Below, piece after piece: positions 22,103 through 32,047 of a DNA stretch of 64,000 nucleotides (the stretch's first letter is position 1; each line of letters begins with the position of its first letter). This stretch comes from Chitinophaga pinensis (GTDB taxonomy: Bacteria; Bacteroidota; Ignavibacteria; Kapaibacteriales; Kapaibacteriaceae). Position numbers and translations under genes: made by a program. Under the pieces are notes generated by a model. That model did no database searches. It saw nothing but the letters and a program-made list of their open reading frames with translations, and had not been told where the DNA came from. The stretch lies in contig CALRYC010000001.1 of NCBI GenBank assembly GCA_943372295.1, forward strand, positions 99,257 through 163,256. Reading direction: 5' to 3'.

Positions 22103-23389
22103 ATGACGGAGTTAGGTCTTCTGCTTGTGGCTCTGGTGGCCGCATTTGTGGCACTGATAATGTATGTGCGTGAGCGATCTGCTCGCTCTCGCGTCACCGC
22201 GTCCGAGGCAGCTGCAAGGCAGGAGCTGGTGGAGCAGCGTGCGGCTGCACAAGAGCTACACACGGCTATGGAGGGTCAGCGAGCGCGTGTTGAGCAGCTG
22301 GTTAGGCGGGAGTCCTCACTTGCGACGCAGGTTGAACTACAGGAAAAAGCTCTCACCGATCTGCGTCGCGAGCGTGAGGATCTCAAGGGCGAGCTAACGA
22401 AGGCCTTTGCCGATATCGCCAACAAGGGACTTGTCGAGCAGGGCCGAGCTATCAGTGATCAGCAGGCGAAGCATCTCGAGACGGTACTCGCCCCCTTTAA
22501 AGCGCGGGTAGATGAGTTCCAGCGTCGCGTCGAAGAAGGACAAAAGGAGTCGCTGACTCAGCATACCAATCTGCTTGCGCAGATCCGGCATCTGTCGGAG
22601 CTCAATACGCTGGTCTCGCAGGAGGCGAACAACCTGACGCGTGCGCTCAAGGGAGATAATCAGCAGCAGGGGGCATGGGGCGAGGTAGTGCTTGAGCGTC
22701 TACTCGAAGCCAGCGGCCTGCGCAGTCCAGAAAACTATGAGATGCAGCATACAACCTCGAACGAGGACGGTGCGCGCATACGGCCGGATGCTCTGGTGCA
22801 TCTGCCTGATAACAAGCACATCATCATCGATTCAAAGGTTTCGCTGACGGCGTTCACGGAGTTTATCGAAGCGCCCGAAGGAAGCACTGAGCGTGATGCC
22901 GCCCTTCAGCGCCACATGGTTTCGATACGAAATCATGTCAAGGGGCTGTCGGAGAAGAAGTACGAAACGATGGACCTGCCGACGCCCGACTTCGTCCTGA
23001 TGTTCATACCCGTAGAGTCGATCTTCGTGAGCACGCTTCAGCTCGATCGCAATGGAGAGCTGTATAACAACGCATGGAACAAGCGCATTATTCTCGTCAG
23101 CCCGTCTACTCTCCTGGCAACGCTGCGTACGATTGCCTCGATCTGGAAGATCGAAATGCAGAACAAGAACGCCGAGGAGATAGCACGTCAAGCCGGTAAC
23201 CTCTTCGACAAGTTTGTTGGTTTTACCGAGGACCTGTCGAAGGTGGGCGACTACTTAGACCGGGCCAGTAAATCCTACGGCGAGGCGCAGAAGAAGCTCT
23301 CCACCGGATCAGGGAATCTCGTCGGTCGCGCGCAGAAACTTCGCGAGCTCGGAGTCAAGTCAACAAAAGACCTACCGCCCATTGCATAG
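22103..23389 (+). CDS. rmuC: DNA recombination protein RmuC
   Basis: N-terminal TM segment, a long coiled-coil, and a C-terminal RmuC nuclease-like region (RPDALVHLPDNKHIIIDSKVSLTAF). Confidence 0.8.
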   Translation: MTELGLLLVALVAAFVALIMYVRERSARSRVTASEAAARQELVEQRAAAQELHTAMEGQRARVEQLVRRESSLATQVELQEKALTDLRREREDLKGELTKAFADIANKGLVEQGRAISDQQAKHLETVLAPFKARVDEFQRRVEEGQKESLTQHTNLLAQIRHLSELNTLVSQEANNLTRALKGDNQQQGAWGEVVLERLLEASGLRSPENYEMQHTTSNEDGARIRPDALVHLPDNKHIIIDSKVSLTAFTEFIEAPEGSTERDAALQRHMVSIRNHVKGLSEKKYETMDLPTPDFVLMFIPVESIFVSTLQLDRNGELYNNAWNKRIILVSPSTLLATLRTIASIWKIEMQNKNAEEIARQAGNLFDKFVGFTEDLSKVGDYLDRASKSYGEAQKKLSTGSGNLVGRAQKLRELGVKSTKDLPPIA

Positions 23390-23447
23390 ACAAAGACGCC
23401 GATGCTCCATGAAAGCATCGGCGCCCAGCCATTACACACGCTGCAGC

Positions 23448-23759
23448 TTACGCTGCATCTTCGATATCGGTCTCTTCGTCGGATTCGTCATCACCTGATT
23501 CGTCGTCACCTGATTCGTCGTCACCTGATTCGTCATCACCTGATTCGTCATCACCTGATTCATCGTCACCTGATTCGTCGTCACGTGATTCGTTGACATC
23601 GTCATTGACATCGTCGATCACTTCATCATTACCAGCGATGTTGTTCTCGACATCGACGCCGTCGAGATCTGAAACAACCTGGTTCAACTCATCGGCCGAC
23701 TCAACGTCATGCAGTTCAGACTGGACGTTGTTTTCGAGATCACTGATACTGAGAAACAT
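23448..23759 (-). CDS. Hypothetical highly acidic protein with a (DDESG)x7 repeat
   Basis: A non-repetitive 55-aa N-terminus followed by a perfect pentapeptide repeat. GGAG lies 7 nt upstream of the ATG. The mirror-strand ORF is pure RHLIR repeats and looks non-biological. Confidence 0.4.
   Translation of the reverse strand: MFLSISDLENNVQSELHDVESADELNQVVSDLDGVDVENNIAGNDEVIDDVNDDVNESRDDESGDDESGDDESGDDESGDDESGDDESGDDESDEETDIEDAA
23481..23600. repeat. 15-bp tandem repeat (TGATTCGTCGTCACC-like) x8, coding for the DDESG repeats on the minus strand
   Basis: Direct reading. The units differ by single transitions. Confidence 0.8.
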
Positions 23760-23880
23760 GGATCAACTCCGAAAGACAGTGGGTGAAAGATTTCTCGCAA
23801 CCTACTGGCAAGATGTTACCCCATATCAATCAAAACGTGACCATATCGTTGATGGATCGCTATCGTGGATTGTCAATTCT

Positions 23881-24987
23881 TCACAATCCAACCAGCTCCA
23901 CGATGCCATTGATCGCTGCGTGCAGCACGGTAGTCTGGTCATAATGCTGGCGGAAGCCATCGGCCTCCTCACGGGTGAGCCCGGCAACCAGCAGATGATT
24001 CTCGCGCCAGTCACCGGATAGCCCAACGGCGGGCAGATAGGGAAGTCCTCGCTCGGTGCATTCAGCCATCAACTCAGCATGACGCCGGCTGTTGTCCTCA
24101 TCAGTCGTGAGCGTCGACTGTGGATTCTCTGCACCAAGCAATGCAACCATATGAGCCCCCTGATCACGGAGCCAGGTAATGACTGACTCGGGAAGGGGCT
24201 TGCCGATGCGCAGTGTTCCAAGACCATCCACGTCGAAGCGGGTGTTGTGATAGTGATCGAGCAATTCCTGAGAGACGGGCATAACGATCCAACGTCGCAG
24301 AAGTGTACGGATGAGTTTTGATGTTCGATCGGCTGGATGAAGTGAGTCGATGACATACGTTGCGCCTGCCTGTCTGAGCACGTCGGCCGATTGCACGCCG
24401 GTTGTGACGGCAAGAGACATGATGTCGTGTGCTCGGGCGCAGTCCACATCCCCGATCGCATCACCGATGATCACCGCATGCTGGGTAGTGTAAAACGTAC
24501 CCCGCGCCGAGTTGTATCGCTCGATGGCGATAGGCGGAAGAAGTCTTCGGTCGGCATGATGTCCACCGAAAGCCCCATGCTCAAAGAACTTGTTGAGTCC
24601 GGCCATTGCCAGCTTGTGATATCCAATGGTTTCGACATTACCCGTGACCAGCGCATGCGCAACGCCATGCTCACATAGCATCTCCAAAGTTTGCCGAGCC
24701 CCGTCCAGAACCAGTGTTGTTTCCGGACGTATCAGCTCTTGGGCCGATGCGATCATATCTCGCTCGATGTCTGGCCAGGCATCTTCGATGTCTTCAAACG
24801 AGAATCCCATTGCGGCGCCGATCTCGTGCACCAGGCTACGGTCCGTGCGTCCGGCAAACGACATCGGAGCAACCGCACCGGACACGTCGGTCTTCAGAAT
24901 CGAACGAAACGCGCGGATGTACATCTCACGCCCAATGCCCGGCGTTGTGCGCAGCAGCGTTCCGTCGATGTCCCAGAGGATAAGCAT
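23881..24987 (-). CDS. HAD-superfamily hydrolase fused to a ~140 aa C-terminal uncharacterised domain
   Basis: DIDGTL (HAD motif I) at the N-terminus. 368 aa. The C-terminal third has no recognisable catalytic motif. Confidence 0.65.
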   Translation of the reverse strand: MLILWDIDGTLLRTTPGIGREMYIRAFRSILKTDVSGAVAPMSFAGRTDRSLVHEIGAAMGFSFEDIEDAWPDIERDMIASAQELIRPETTLVLDGARQTLEMLCEHGVAHALVTGNVETIGYHKLAMAGLNKFFEHGAFGGHHADRRLLPPIAIERYNSARGTFYTTQHAVIIGDAIGDVDCARAHDIMSLAVTTGVQSADVLRQAGATYVIDSLHPADRTSKLIRTLLRRWIVMPVSQELLDHYHNTRFDVDGLGTLRIGKPLPESVITWLRDQGAHMVALLGAENPQSTLTTDEDNSRRHAELMAECTERGLPYLPAVGLSGDWRENHLLVAGLTREEADGFRQHYDQTTVLHAAINGIVELVGL

Positions 24988-24988
24988 G

Positions 24989-25193
24989 TGACAAGATAGT
25001 TACGGAGTTACGGAATGACTGAATTACGGAGTGTTACGAGTGACGAGAGACGAGAGACGAGTGACGAGAGACGCAGTTACGGAATGACAGAGTGACAAGT
25101 GAGTCACAGCGCGCAGCGCACAGTACCTCCGTAATTCCGTAACTCCGTAATTGCGCGCAGCGCTCCGTAATTCCGTAACTATCTTCGCCGTCT
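24989..25193. repeat. Complex repeat element in the HAD/purD divergent intergenic region
   Basis: Left arm AGTTACGGAGTTACGGAATGACTGAATTACGGAG (24998-25031). Central GACGAGA heptamer x5.5 (25035-25073). A second TTACGGAATGAC/GTGACAAG copy. GCGCGCAGCGC twice. The inverted right arm is CTCCGTAATTCCGTAACTCCGTAATT...TCCGTAATTCCGTAACT (25127-25180). Confidence 0.7.
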
Positions 25194-26462
25194 ATGGAAA
25201 GAATCCTCCTGATCGGTTCGGGCGGGCGTGAGCACGCGCTGGCCAAGGCGCTTGCGGCGTCAGAATCATGTGAGAAGCTCTGGGTTGCGCCGGGTAATCC
25301 CGGTATAGCGCGGGAGGCCGAATGTGTGACATTGAACTCTGCCGACCATGTGGCGGTTGAAAAGTTCTGCATGAGGCATGATGTAACGCTCGTGGTGATC
25401 GGGCCTGAGCAGCCCCTCGCAGAGGGTCTTGCCGATGCGCTTCGTGCTGAGAGTATTGATGTGTTTGGACCGTCTCAGGCGGCGGCTCAGCTTGAGACAT
25501 CAAAAGGATTCTCCAAAGATTTCATGCATCGTCATCACGTGCCGACGGCGCACTACAGGCGCTTTAGCGCGGCTCATCATGCAGACGCCCGTGCATACGT
25601 TGAGGTGCATGACCTTCCGGTGGTTATCAAGTATGATGGTCTTGCTGCCGGCAAGGGGGTGTTTGTTGCCACCACGCGTGAGCAGGCATTGGAGGCCATC
25701 GACATTATGTATGAGGGAGCGTTCGGAACCGACGGTGTGGTTGTCGAGGGCTTCCTCACGGGCGAGGAAGCCAGCGTCTTTGCCGTATGTGATGGGCGCG
25801 ATTTTGTCGTGCTCGCGCCGGCGCAGGATCACAAGCGCGTTGGCGACGGCGACACCGGCAAGAACACTGGCGGCATGGGGGCCTATGCGCCGGCGCCTAT
25901 TGTTACGCACTCCGTGATGGATTCCGTCTGTGAGAAAGTCATCCGCAGAGTTGTCGACGGCATGGCTGCCGAAGGAATGCCCTTTGTGGGATGTCTTTTT
26001 TGTGGACTCATGATCGAGGGAGACGAGGTGAACGTTGTGGAGTTCAATGCCCGCTTTGGCGACCCCGAGACGCAGGTTGTCATCAGTGTTCTGGATGCCG
26101 ATGTTGCGAAACTTCTTGCTTCAGCCGCTCGAGGAGCCGTTGACGCAGCAGCGATCCGTTCAACGAACGTTGGCCATGCATGCAATGTTGTGCTGGCCTC
26201 GGCCGGGTATCCGGGCATCTTTGAGAAGGGGCTTCCCATCTCCGGTATCGAGAATGCCGAAGCAGACCTGTACGTGACTGTGTATCATGCCGGCACGCGC
26301 ATGATTGATGATACGCTCGTCACCAATGGTGGGCGAGTACTCGGGGTAACGGCAATAGGGGACACGCTGGCCCGGGCCGTTGCACGTTCGTACGCCGCCT
26401 GTGAGAAGATCACATACGATACGAAGATGCATCGCACCGATATAGCCAAGAGGGCCCTGTGA
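25194..26462 (+). CDS. purD: Phosphoribosylamine--glycine ligase
   Basis: ILLIGSGGREHALA N-terminus and the ATP-grasp core. Confidence 0.9.
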   Translation: MERILLIGSGGREHALAKALAASESCEKLWVAPGNPGIAREAECVTLNSADHVAVEKFCMRHDVTLVVIGPEQPLAEGLADALRAESIDVFGPSQAAAQLETSKGFSKDFMHRHHVPTAHYRRFSAAHHADARAYVEVHDLPVVIKYDGLAAGKGVFVATTREQALEAIDIMYEGAFGTDGVVVEGFLTGEEASVFAVCDGRDFVVLAPAQDHKRVGDGDTGKNTGGMGAYAPAPIVTHSVMDSVCEKVIRRVVDGMAAEGMPFVGCLFCGLMIEGDEVNVVEFNARFGDPETQVVISVLDADVAKLLASAARGAVDAAAIRSTNVGHACNVVLASAGYPGIFEKGLPISGIENAEADLYVTVYHAGTRMIDDTLVTNGGRVLGVTAIGDTLARAVARSYAACEKITYDTKMHRTDIAKRAL

Positions 26463-27382
26463 AGATTCTCGTTACCGGCGGTGCCGGCTTCATCGGGTCG
26501 CACGTGGCAGAGACATGTCTTCGAGCGGGACATGAGGTGGTGATCGTAGACGATCTGTCGATGGGGTATCGTTCGAATGTTCCCATCGGTGCCCGTTTTG
26601 TTGAGATGTCGATCACGGACGAGGCTTTCACCGACTTCGTCGTGGCAGAGAAGTTCGACGCCATCGATCATCATGCGGCCCACATGGAGCTGCGTGTTAG
26701 CGTCGACAAGCCAGTGCATGATGCCACCATCAACGTGCTTGGTTCATTGCGTCTGCTCGAAGCGGCGCGGGTATCTGGTGTAAAACATGTTGTCCTGGCT
26801 TCCACGACGGCAGTTCTGGGTGAGTTCGTGCAACTGCCCGCGACGGAAGACCATCCCGTGCTCCCAATAGCCCCCTATGGAGTCTCCAAGCGCGCCATGG
26901 AACTTTACGCCGACTATGAGCGTATCGCGCATGGCATGAGCGTTACCACGTTGCGGTACACCAACGTGTACGGACCGCGGCAGAACCCCCATGGCGAGAG
27001 TGGTGTGATTGCCATCTTTCTCGAAAGATTCATGAAGGGGGCTTCTGCGGTCATCCACGGAGATGGCTCGCAGGAGCGCGACTATATCCATGTCGATGAT
27101 GTCGCAGCGGCAAATGTGGTTGCGCTCGAGCAACGAGTGCAGGGCACTTATCATATTTGCCGGAACAGCGCTGCGAGTGTTAACGATGTGGTGCATGCTC
27201 TTCGCGATGCTTTGAGCCGCGAGTGTGTAGTGCAGTATGGCCCGGCAAAGGCCGGTGATCCGGCGCGCACGCGTGCCTCGCACGATTTGTTCAGCTCATG
27301 CACGGGCTGGAAGCCGAAGATTGATCTGCACAACGGTATCAGCAGCACGGTGGCGTGGTTTTTGCGCCGTAGCGCTGAATGA
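26459..27382 (+). CDS. NAD-dependent epimerase/dehydratase (UDP-sugar 4-epimerase family)
   Basis: MKILVTGGAGFIGSHV Rossmann motif. The YxxxK region is YTNVYGPRQ. Overlaps the purD stop by 4 bp. Confidence 0.8.
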   Translation: MKILVTGGAGFIGSHVAETCLRAGHEVVIVDDLSMGYRSNVPIGARFVEMSITDEAFTDFVVAEKFDAIDHHAAHMELRVSVDKPVHDATINVLGSLRLLEAARVSGVKHVVLASTTAVLGEFVQLPATEDHPVLPIAPYGVSKRAMELYADYERIAHGMSVTTLRYTNVYGPRQNPHGESGVIAIFLERFMKGASAVIHGDGSQERDYIHVDDVAAANVVALEQRVQGTYHICRNSAASVNDVVHALRDALSRECVVQYGPAKAGDPARTRASHDLFSSCTGWKPKIDLHNGISSTVAWFLRRSAE

Positions 27383-27544
27383 CGGCTCTGCACGGCCATA
27401 GACACCCCTTCCCAAATGGTTTTTTTGGGTCGGGAAGCGAAAAAAGAAGTGCACAGGAACCGCCAGACTTTTCCACGTGGTGCTTCCAATGTAATTTCGA
27501 CGCGTTTTGCTACCGAAGCATTCAATGAACCGAGGTCAGTGAAG

Positions 27545-28078
27545 ATGCAGTTTTTAACCAAGCGGTTGTGTGTCGGCATTCTTGCTCTTGCAATGGTGTC
27601 GGTTTTGTCGGGCTGTAATGTACGCGGCCTATTCACATCTTACGGAGATGATCCGGTATGGGTAGATCCCAATGCCGCTACCGCAACTGATGCCGCGGCA
27701 GCAGATGCCGGTGGACCCGGTAAAGCCGTGTATGGGCGCATTTGCGCCGCCTGCCACCTAGGCAGTGGCAAGGGAGTTCCGGGCAATAACATTCCGCCGC
27801 TCGCTGGTTCGGCCCTCGCCACGGGAGACGCCCGCAAACCGATTGCCATCGTTCTGCATGGACTTCGCGGACCGATCGAGCGTAATGGAGTGCAGTACAA
27901 CGGACAAATGGCTTCCTGGAAGGATCAATTGGACGACCAACAGATCGCTGATGTGCTGACGTACGTCCGCGGCGCGTTTGGTAATGCTGCCGGCCCCGTG
28001 ACTGCAGACGAGGTGAAGGCCGTGCGCGAAGAATCGGCCTCGCGCACCGTGCAATACTCGGAAGCTGAGCTTCCGTAA
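27545..28078 (+). CDS. Membrane-anchored/lipoprotein c-type monoheme cytochrome, the likely electron donor to the downstream oxidase
   Basis: Signal/lipobox ...VLSGC. A single CAACH haem-binding motif. The start was set at MQFLTK. Confidence 0.7.
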   Translation: MQFLTKRLCVGILALAMVSVLSGCNVRGLFTSYGDDPVWVDPNAATATDAAAADAGGPGKAVYGRICAACHLGSGKGVPGNNIPPLAGSALATGDARKPIAIVLHGLRGPIERNGVQYNGQMASWKDQLDDQQIADVLTYVRGAFGNAAGPVTADEVKAVREESASRTVQYSEAELP

Positions 28079-28120
28079 CTATTCACTCACGAAACACCAC
28101 TACATCGGAGTCTGATTCGC

Positions 28121-28969
28121 ATGGATCGTATTCTGTCCTACTTCGACATGTTGCCATGGTTCCCCGAGAACACCTCCACTTTTGGTGGGGAGCTTGACAG
28201 CCTGTTCGCCATCATTTACTGGATCAGCGTCGGGATCTTCTTTCTGACGTTTGGTGTTCTTGGATACCTCCTGGTGAAGTATCGCTACAACCGTGATCGC
28301 CGGGGGTACAACTACCACGGGAACAACGTCGTCGAGCTTACGTGGACGGTGTTGCCTACCATCCTGTTTGCGTGGATCGGGCTGTACTCGGATGACATCT
28401 GGGAACGCACGAAGTATTCGTCTCGTCTTCCTAAGGCCGACGTACAGGTGCTTGTCATGGGCAAGACCTTTGGCTGGCAGTTCCTTTATCCAGGAGTGGA
28501 CGGCGAGTTCGGACGCAATGCATACACTGACCGTGATAACTGCCGGAAGCTGATTACGGGTCTGAACCCTTTTGGCATCGACTCAACGGACCCACGCAGC
28601 ATGGATGATTTTTCGACAGAGAATCAGTTCAAAGTCCCGGTTAACGCCAACGTGGTGATGCACGGTTCGTCACAGGACGTTCTGCACAGCTTCTTCCTGC
28701 CTCATGCGCGCGTCAAACAGGACGTTGTGCCGGGTACGTGGATGAACATCTGGTACAACATCTTCAAGACCGGCAAGTTTGAGCTCGCCTGCGCAGAGCT
28801 CTGTGGTGGTGGTCATTACTCGATGCGTGCCGAGTACGAAGTACTCAGCAAGTCGTCCTACGACGTATGGGTCGACAAGAAAGTCGCAGAGGCAATTGCT
28901 GCACGGTCGCCTCAACCAACCGTTGCACCGTCGGCCGACACTGCCACGGTCGCCTCACTCACCAAGTAA
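28121..28969 (+). CDS. coxB: Cytochrome c oxidase subunit II
   Basis: CuA centre H...CAELCGGGH...M. Two N-terminal TM helices. There is no fused haem c domain. Confidence 0.85.
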   Translation: MDRILSYFDMLPWFPENTSTFGGELDSLFAIIYWISVGIFFLTFGVLGYLLVKYRYNRDRRGYNYHGNNVVELTWTVLPTILFAWIGLYSDDIWERTKYSSRLPKADVQVLVMGKTFGWQFLYPGVDGEFGRNAYTDRDNCRKLITGLNPFGIDSTDPRSMDDFSTENQFKVPVNANVVMHGSSQDVLHSFFLPHARVKQDVVPGTWMNIWYNIFKTGKFELACAELCGGGHYSMRAEYEVLSKSSYDVWVDKKVAEAIAARSPQPTVAPSADTATVASLTK

Positions 28970-28993
28970 TCTCGAACAAGGAGACCCATAGCA

Positions 28994-30847
28994 ATGAGTA
29001 CCGCAACGATTGAGACGGCAACACCGGTTGCCCATGACGAGCACACACACGAGCATCACCACGACCTTCCGTGGTATCGTAAGTATGTGTTTTCAACCGA
29101 TCACAAGGTGATCGCCAAGCAGTTCATGCTCTCGTCACTGTTCTTTCTTTTCATCGGCGGAGCCTTCGCGCTTTTTATTCGTTGGCAGCTGGCCTATCCG
29201 GGCAAGCCCGTTCCAGTGATCGGTTCGATCCTTCCTGCAACCTGGGTGACCGAGCCGGGCAGTGGTATTATCACACCTGAGTTCTACACGCAGCTCTTGA
29301 CGATGCACGGCTCGATCATGATCTTCTTCGTGGTCATCCCGTTTGCTGCTGGAATGTTCGGCAACTTCTGCATTCCGCTGATGATCGGAACCGATGACAT
29401 GGCCCTGCCGCGACTCAACATGTGGTCGTTCTGGCTCGTACCCCCGGCCGGTCTGATCATGATGGCCGGCTTCTTCACCGATACTGGTTATGCAGCCGCA
29501 GGGTGGACTTCGTATCCGCCCCTTTCGGCAATGACAGGACTGGAGAAGTTCACGATAAGCGGACAGACCCTGTGGCTTATCAGTGTGTTCTTGGTGGGTT
29601 TTTCGTCGATCATGGGTGCTGTGAACTACGTCACCACGGTTCTGAACAAGCGAGCCAAAGGCATGAAGTTGTTTGATATGCCACTGACTGTGTGGGCTTT
29701 GTTTATAACCGCTATCCTTGTGACGCTCGGCACGCCGGTACTCGCAGCGGGACTGGCCATGCTGTTTATGGACAACTTCCTACACACGAGCTTCTTCCTG
29801 CCGGACAATCTGGTGGCAAGCTCCAAGTATTTCGGCGGCGGTCAGCCGATCCTCTTCCAGCACGTGTTCTGGTTCTATTCGCACCCAGCCGTGTATATCA
29901 TGATTCTGCCGCTGATGGGCATCGTCTCTGATGTGATGGCCACATTCGCGCGTAAGCCGATTTACGGGTACAAGGCCATGGTGTTTGCCATTGCCGGTAT
30001 TGCCTTCCTCGGTTTTATCGTATGGGGTCACCACATGTTCCAGTCGGGCATGAATCCGCTTCTTGGAACGACATTCATGCTGTCAACGATCGTGATCGCC
30101 GTTCCATCGTCGATCAAGGTGTTTAATTGGCTCGGAACACTCTGGCGCGGGAACATCAAGTTCACAACGGCCATGCTCAATGCGCTGGCGTTTGTGTCGA
30201 TGTTCATCATCGGTGGTCTGTCGGGCGTGTTCATGGCATCAGCGCCGGTTGATATCTACATCCACGATACGTACTTCATCGTTGCGCATATCCACTACGT
30301 TCTTTTTGGCGGTTCACTCTTCGGAATCTTCGCTGGCATCTACTACTGGTATCCAAAGATGTACGGCAAGATGCTCAACGAGCGTTGGGGTCGCCTGCAC
30401 TTTGTTCTGACGTTCATTACGTTTAACGTTACGTTCTTCCCGATGCACGTGCTGGGACTTGGCGGACATATGCGCCGTATCTATGATCCGAACGTGTATG
30501 ACTTCCTCAAGGGGCTCTCCGACGTCAATGAGGTGATCACCATTGGTGCAATTGCTCTCGGCTTTTCGCAGCTCGTGCTTGTCTTCAATGTTCTGTACTC
30601 TCTGAAGTACGGCAAGCGTGCGCCGCGCAACCCGTGGCGTGCCAATTCGCTTGAGTGGGCCGCACCTGAGCATCCTGGGCACGGCAACTTTGACCAAGAC
30701 ATCAAGGTCTATCGTGGTCCCTATGAGTTCAGCGCTGAAGGTCGGAAGAGCGACTACTGGCCTCAGTGGGAGCCCGGCACTTCGAAGACGGTCAACCACC
30801 ACACGGTAGCCGTCGAGGACGATTCACGAACGTTTGGTAGTCATTAA
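28994..30847 (+). CDS. ctaD: Cytochrome c oxidase subunit I
   Basis: WFYSHPAVYIMILP and GHHMF motifs. 12+ TM helices. 617 aa. Confidence 0.9.
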   Translation: MSTATIETATPVAHDEHTHEHHHDLPWYRKYVFSTDHKVIAKQFMLSSLFFLFIGGAFALFIRWQLAYPGKPVPVIGSILPATWVTEPGSGIITPEFYTQLLTMHGSIMIFFVVIPFAAGMFGNFCIPLMIGTDDMALPRLNMWSFWLVPPAGLIMMAGFFTDTGYAAAGWTSYPPLSAMTGLEKFTISGQTLWLISVFLVGFSSIMGAVNYVTTVLNKRAKGMKLFDMPLTVWALFITAILVTLGTPVLAAGLAMLFMDNFLHTSFFLPDNLVASSKYFGGGQPILFQHVFWFYSHPAVYIMILPLMGIVSDVMATFARKPIYGYKAMVFAIAGIAFLGFIVWGHHMFQSGMNPLLGTTFMLSTIVIAVPSSIKVFNWLGTLWRGNIKFTTAMLNALAFVSMFIIGGLSGVFMASAPVDIYIHDTYFIVAHIHYVLFGGSLFGIFAGIYYWYPKMYGKMLNERWGRLHFVLTFITFNVTFFPMHVLGLGGHMRRIYDPNVYDFLKGLSDVNEVITIGAIALGFSQLVLVFNVLYSLKYGKRAPRNPWRANSLEWAAPEHPGHGNFDQDIKVYRGPYEFSAEGRKSDYWPQWEPGTSKTVNHHTVAVEDDSRTFGSH

Positions 30848-30874
30848 AGGAACTCAAGGCGACGACCCACCGGC

Positions 30875-32047
30875 ATGACGCCTAACGAGACACCTTCTGA
30901 TCGCTCGAGCCACGCGATTCATCGCGTAGCGCTGGTGCTGTGTGTGCTCACCTTCGGACTCATTGTCTGGGGTGGACACGTCAACACCACTCGCAGTGGC
31001 ATGGCCTTTCCTGACTGGCCTACGTCAAATCTCGCTCCAATGGTCACGTATGCCCCTTCAGAGTGGCTGTGGGCTAAGGATCGGTTCTGGGAGCATGGTC
31101 ATCGATTGTTCGCTACTGTTGTGGGCCTAGTGACGACGCTTCTTCTCATGCTGGCATATCGGTCAACACCGGTGGGGCAGCGGCCGAATAAGGCCATAGG
31201 TGGGTTGATCGGCATGGTTTTCCTGACGATTACATCTGCCGTGCTGGGCGTTAATAGTATGCCCATGAGTTTTATGGAAGTGTTTATGGTCGGCCTTGGC
31301 CTTTTGACAATTGTGTTTATCGTCAAGGCCATCCGTGTCGGCGCCGAGCATCGAATCATTTGGCTGGCAATGGCAGCGTTCACCGCGGTATGCCTTCAAG
31401 GTTCGTTTGGAGGCTATACGGTTCGGCAAAATCTGCCTGACTGGACATCGACCTCGCACGGTGTGCTTGCTCAGCTTTTCCTGATGATCGTTATTGCCAT
31501 CGCACTTCAGTCATCCGCTGCGTGGCGACGTCGGCGCGCGCTGGGAACGGTCAGCTCTGGTACGGCAACGATAGTTGCTACAACTTGGGCGCTGACATTT
31601 ACGCAGTTCGTGCTTGGAGCTCTGACGAGGCACACGGATTCGTGGGGTGTCAGCGTGAGCTTTCCTCAGTGGAGTGATGCCGGCTTTTTCCCGTCGACCG
31701 ACCTGCTGCAGTATCCGCAGGTTCTGATTCATCTGGTTCACCGCTCATTGGCGTATGTCGTTGCACTTGCTATTGTGTGGCAGTTTATCAGGCTTCGTTC
31801 CGAGGGAGCCTCCTCGGATGTGCGGCGCACATCGTTTGTCGCACTATGCCTTGTGGGTGTCCAGATCGCTCTCGGTGCCGGCATTCTCTGGACCGCTCGT
31901 GGCGAGCTCGTTACTACCCTGCACGTCATGGTCGGTGTAGTGATCCTTGTAACGAATGCTATCACCTTCCTGAGTGTCAAGGGGCGCTCCCAGACGGCTG
32001 ACGTAGCGGAACATGCGCACGGACTTGCTCACGAGGTGGGACGATGA
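30875..32047 (+). CDS. ctaA: Haem A synthase (CtaA/COX15)
   Basis: The polytopic membrane protein has conserved His pairs. Its N-terminus matches COX15-type proteins. Confidence 0.8.
   Translation: MTPNETPSDRSSHAIHRVALVLCVLTFGLIVWGGHVNTTRSGMAFPDWPTSNLAPMVTYAPSEWLWAKDRFWEHGHRLFATVVGLVTTLLLMLAYRSTPVGQRPNKAIGGLIGMVFLTITSAVLGVNSMPMSFMEVFMVGLGLLTIVFIVKAIRVGAEHRIIWLAMAAFTAVCLQGSFGGYTVRQNLPDWTSTSHGVLAQLFLMIVIAIALQSSAAWRRRRALGTVSSGTATIVATTWALTFTQFVLGALTRHTDSWGVSVSFPQWSDAGFFPSTDLLQYPQVLIHLVHRSLAYVVALAIVWQFIRLRSEGASSDVRRTSFVALCLVGVQIALGAGILWTARGELVTTLHVMVGVVILVTNAITFLSVKGRSQTADVAEHAHGLAHEVGR

Noticed and set aside
23402-23596. Plus-strand ORF encoding (RHLIR)n
   Set aside because: This is a mirror-image artefact of the 15-bp tandem repeat. 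It has no non-repetitive region and no SD. The minus-strand acidic ORF is the better candidate if either is real.
25034-25503. Minus-strand ORFs of 112 and 103 aa across the HAD/purD repeat region and the purD 5' end
   Set aside because: They lie in repeat DNA or antisense to purD, and have low-complexity, Arg/Pro/Ser-rich composition typical of spurious ORFs in GC-rich DNA.
27400-27440. Hairpin CCCAAA-TGGTTTT-TTTGGG after the epimerase gene as a terminator
   Set aside because: The T-run sits inside the loop rather than after the stem, and an A-run follows. This is a weak structure and was not called.
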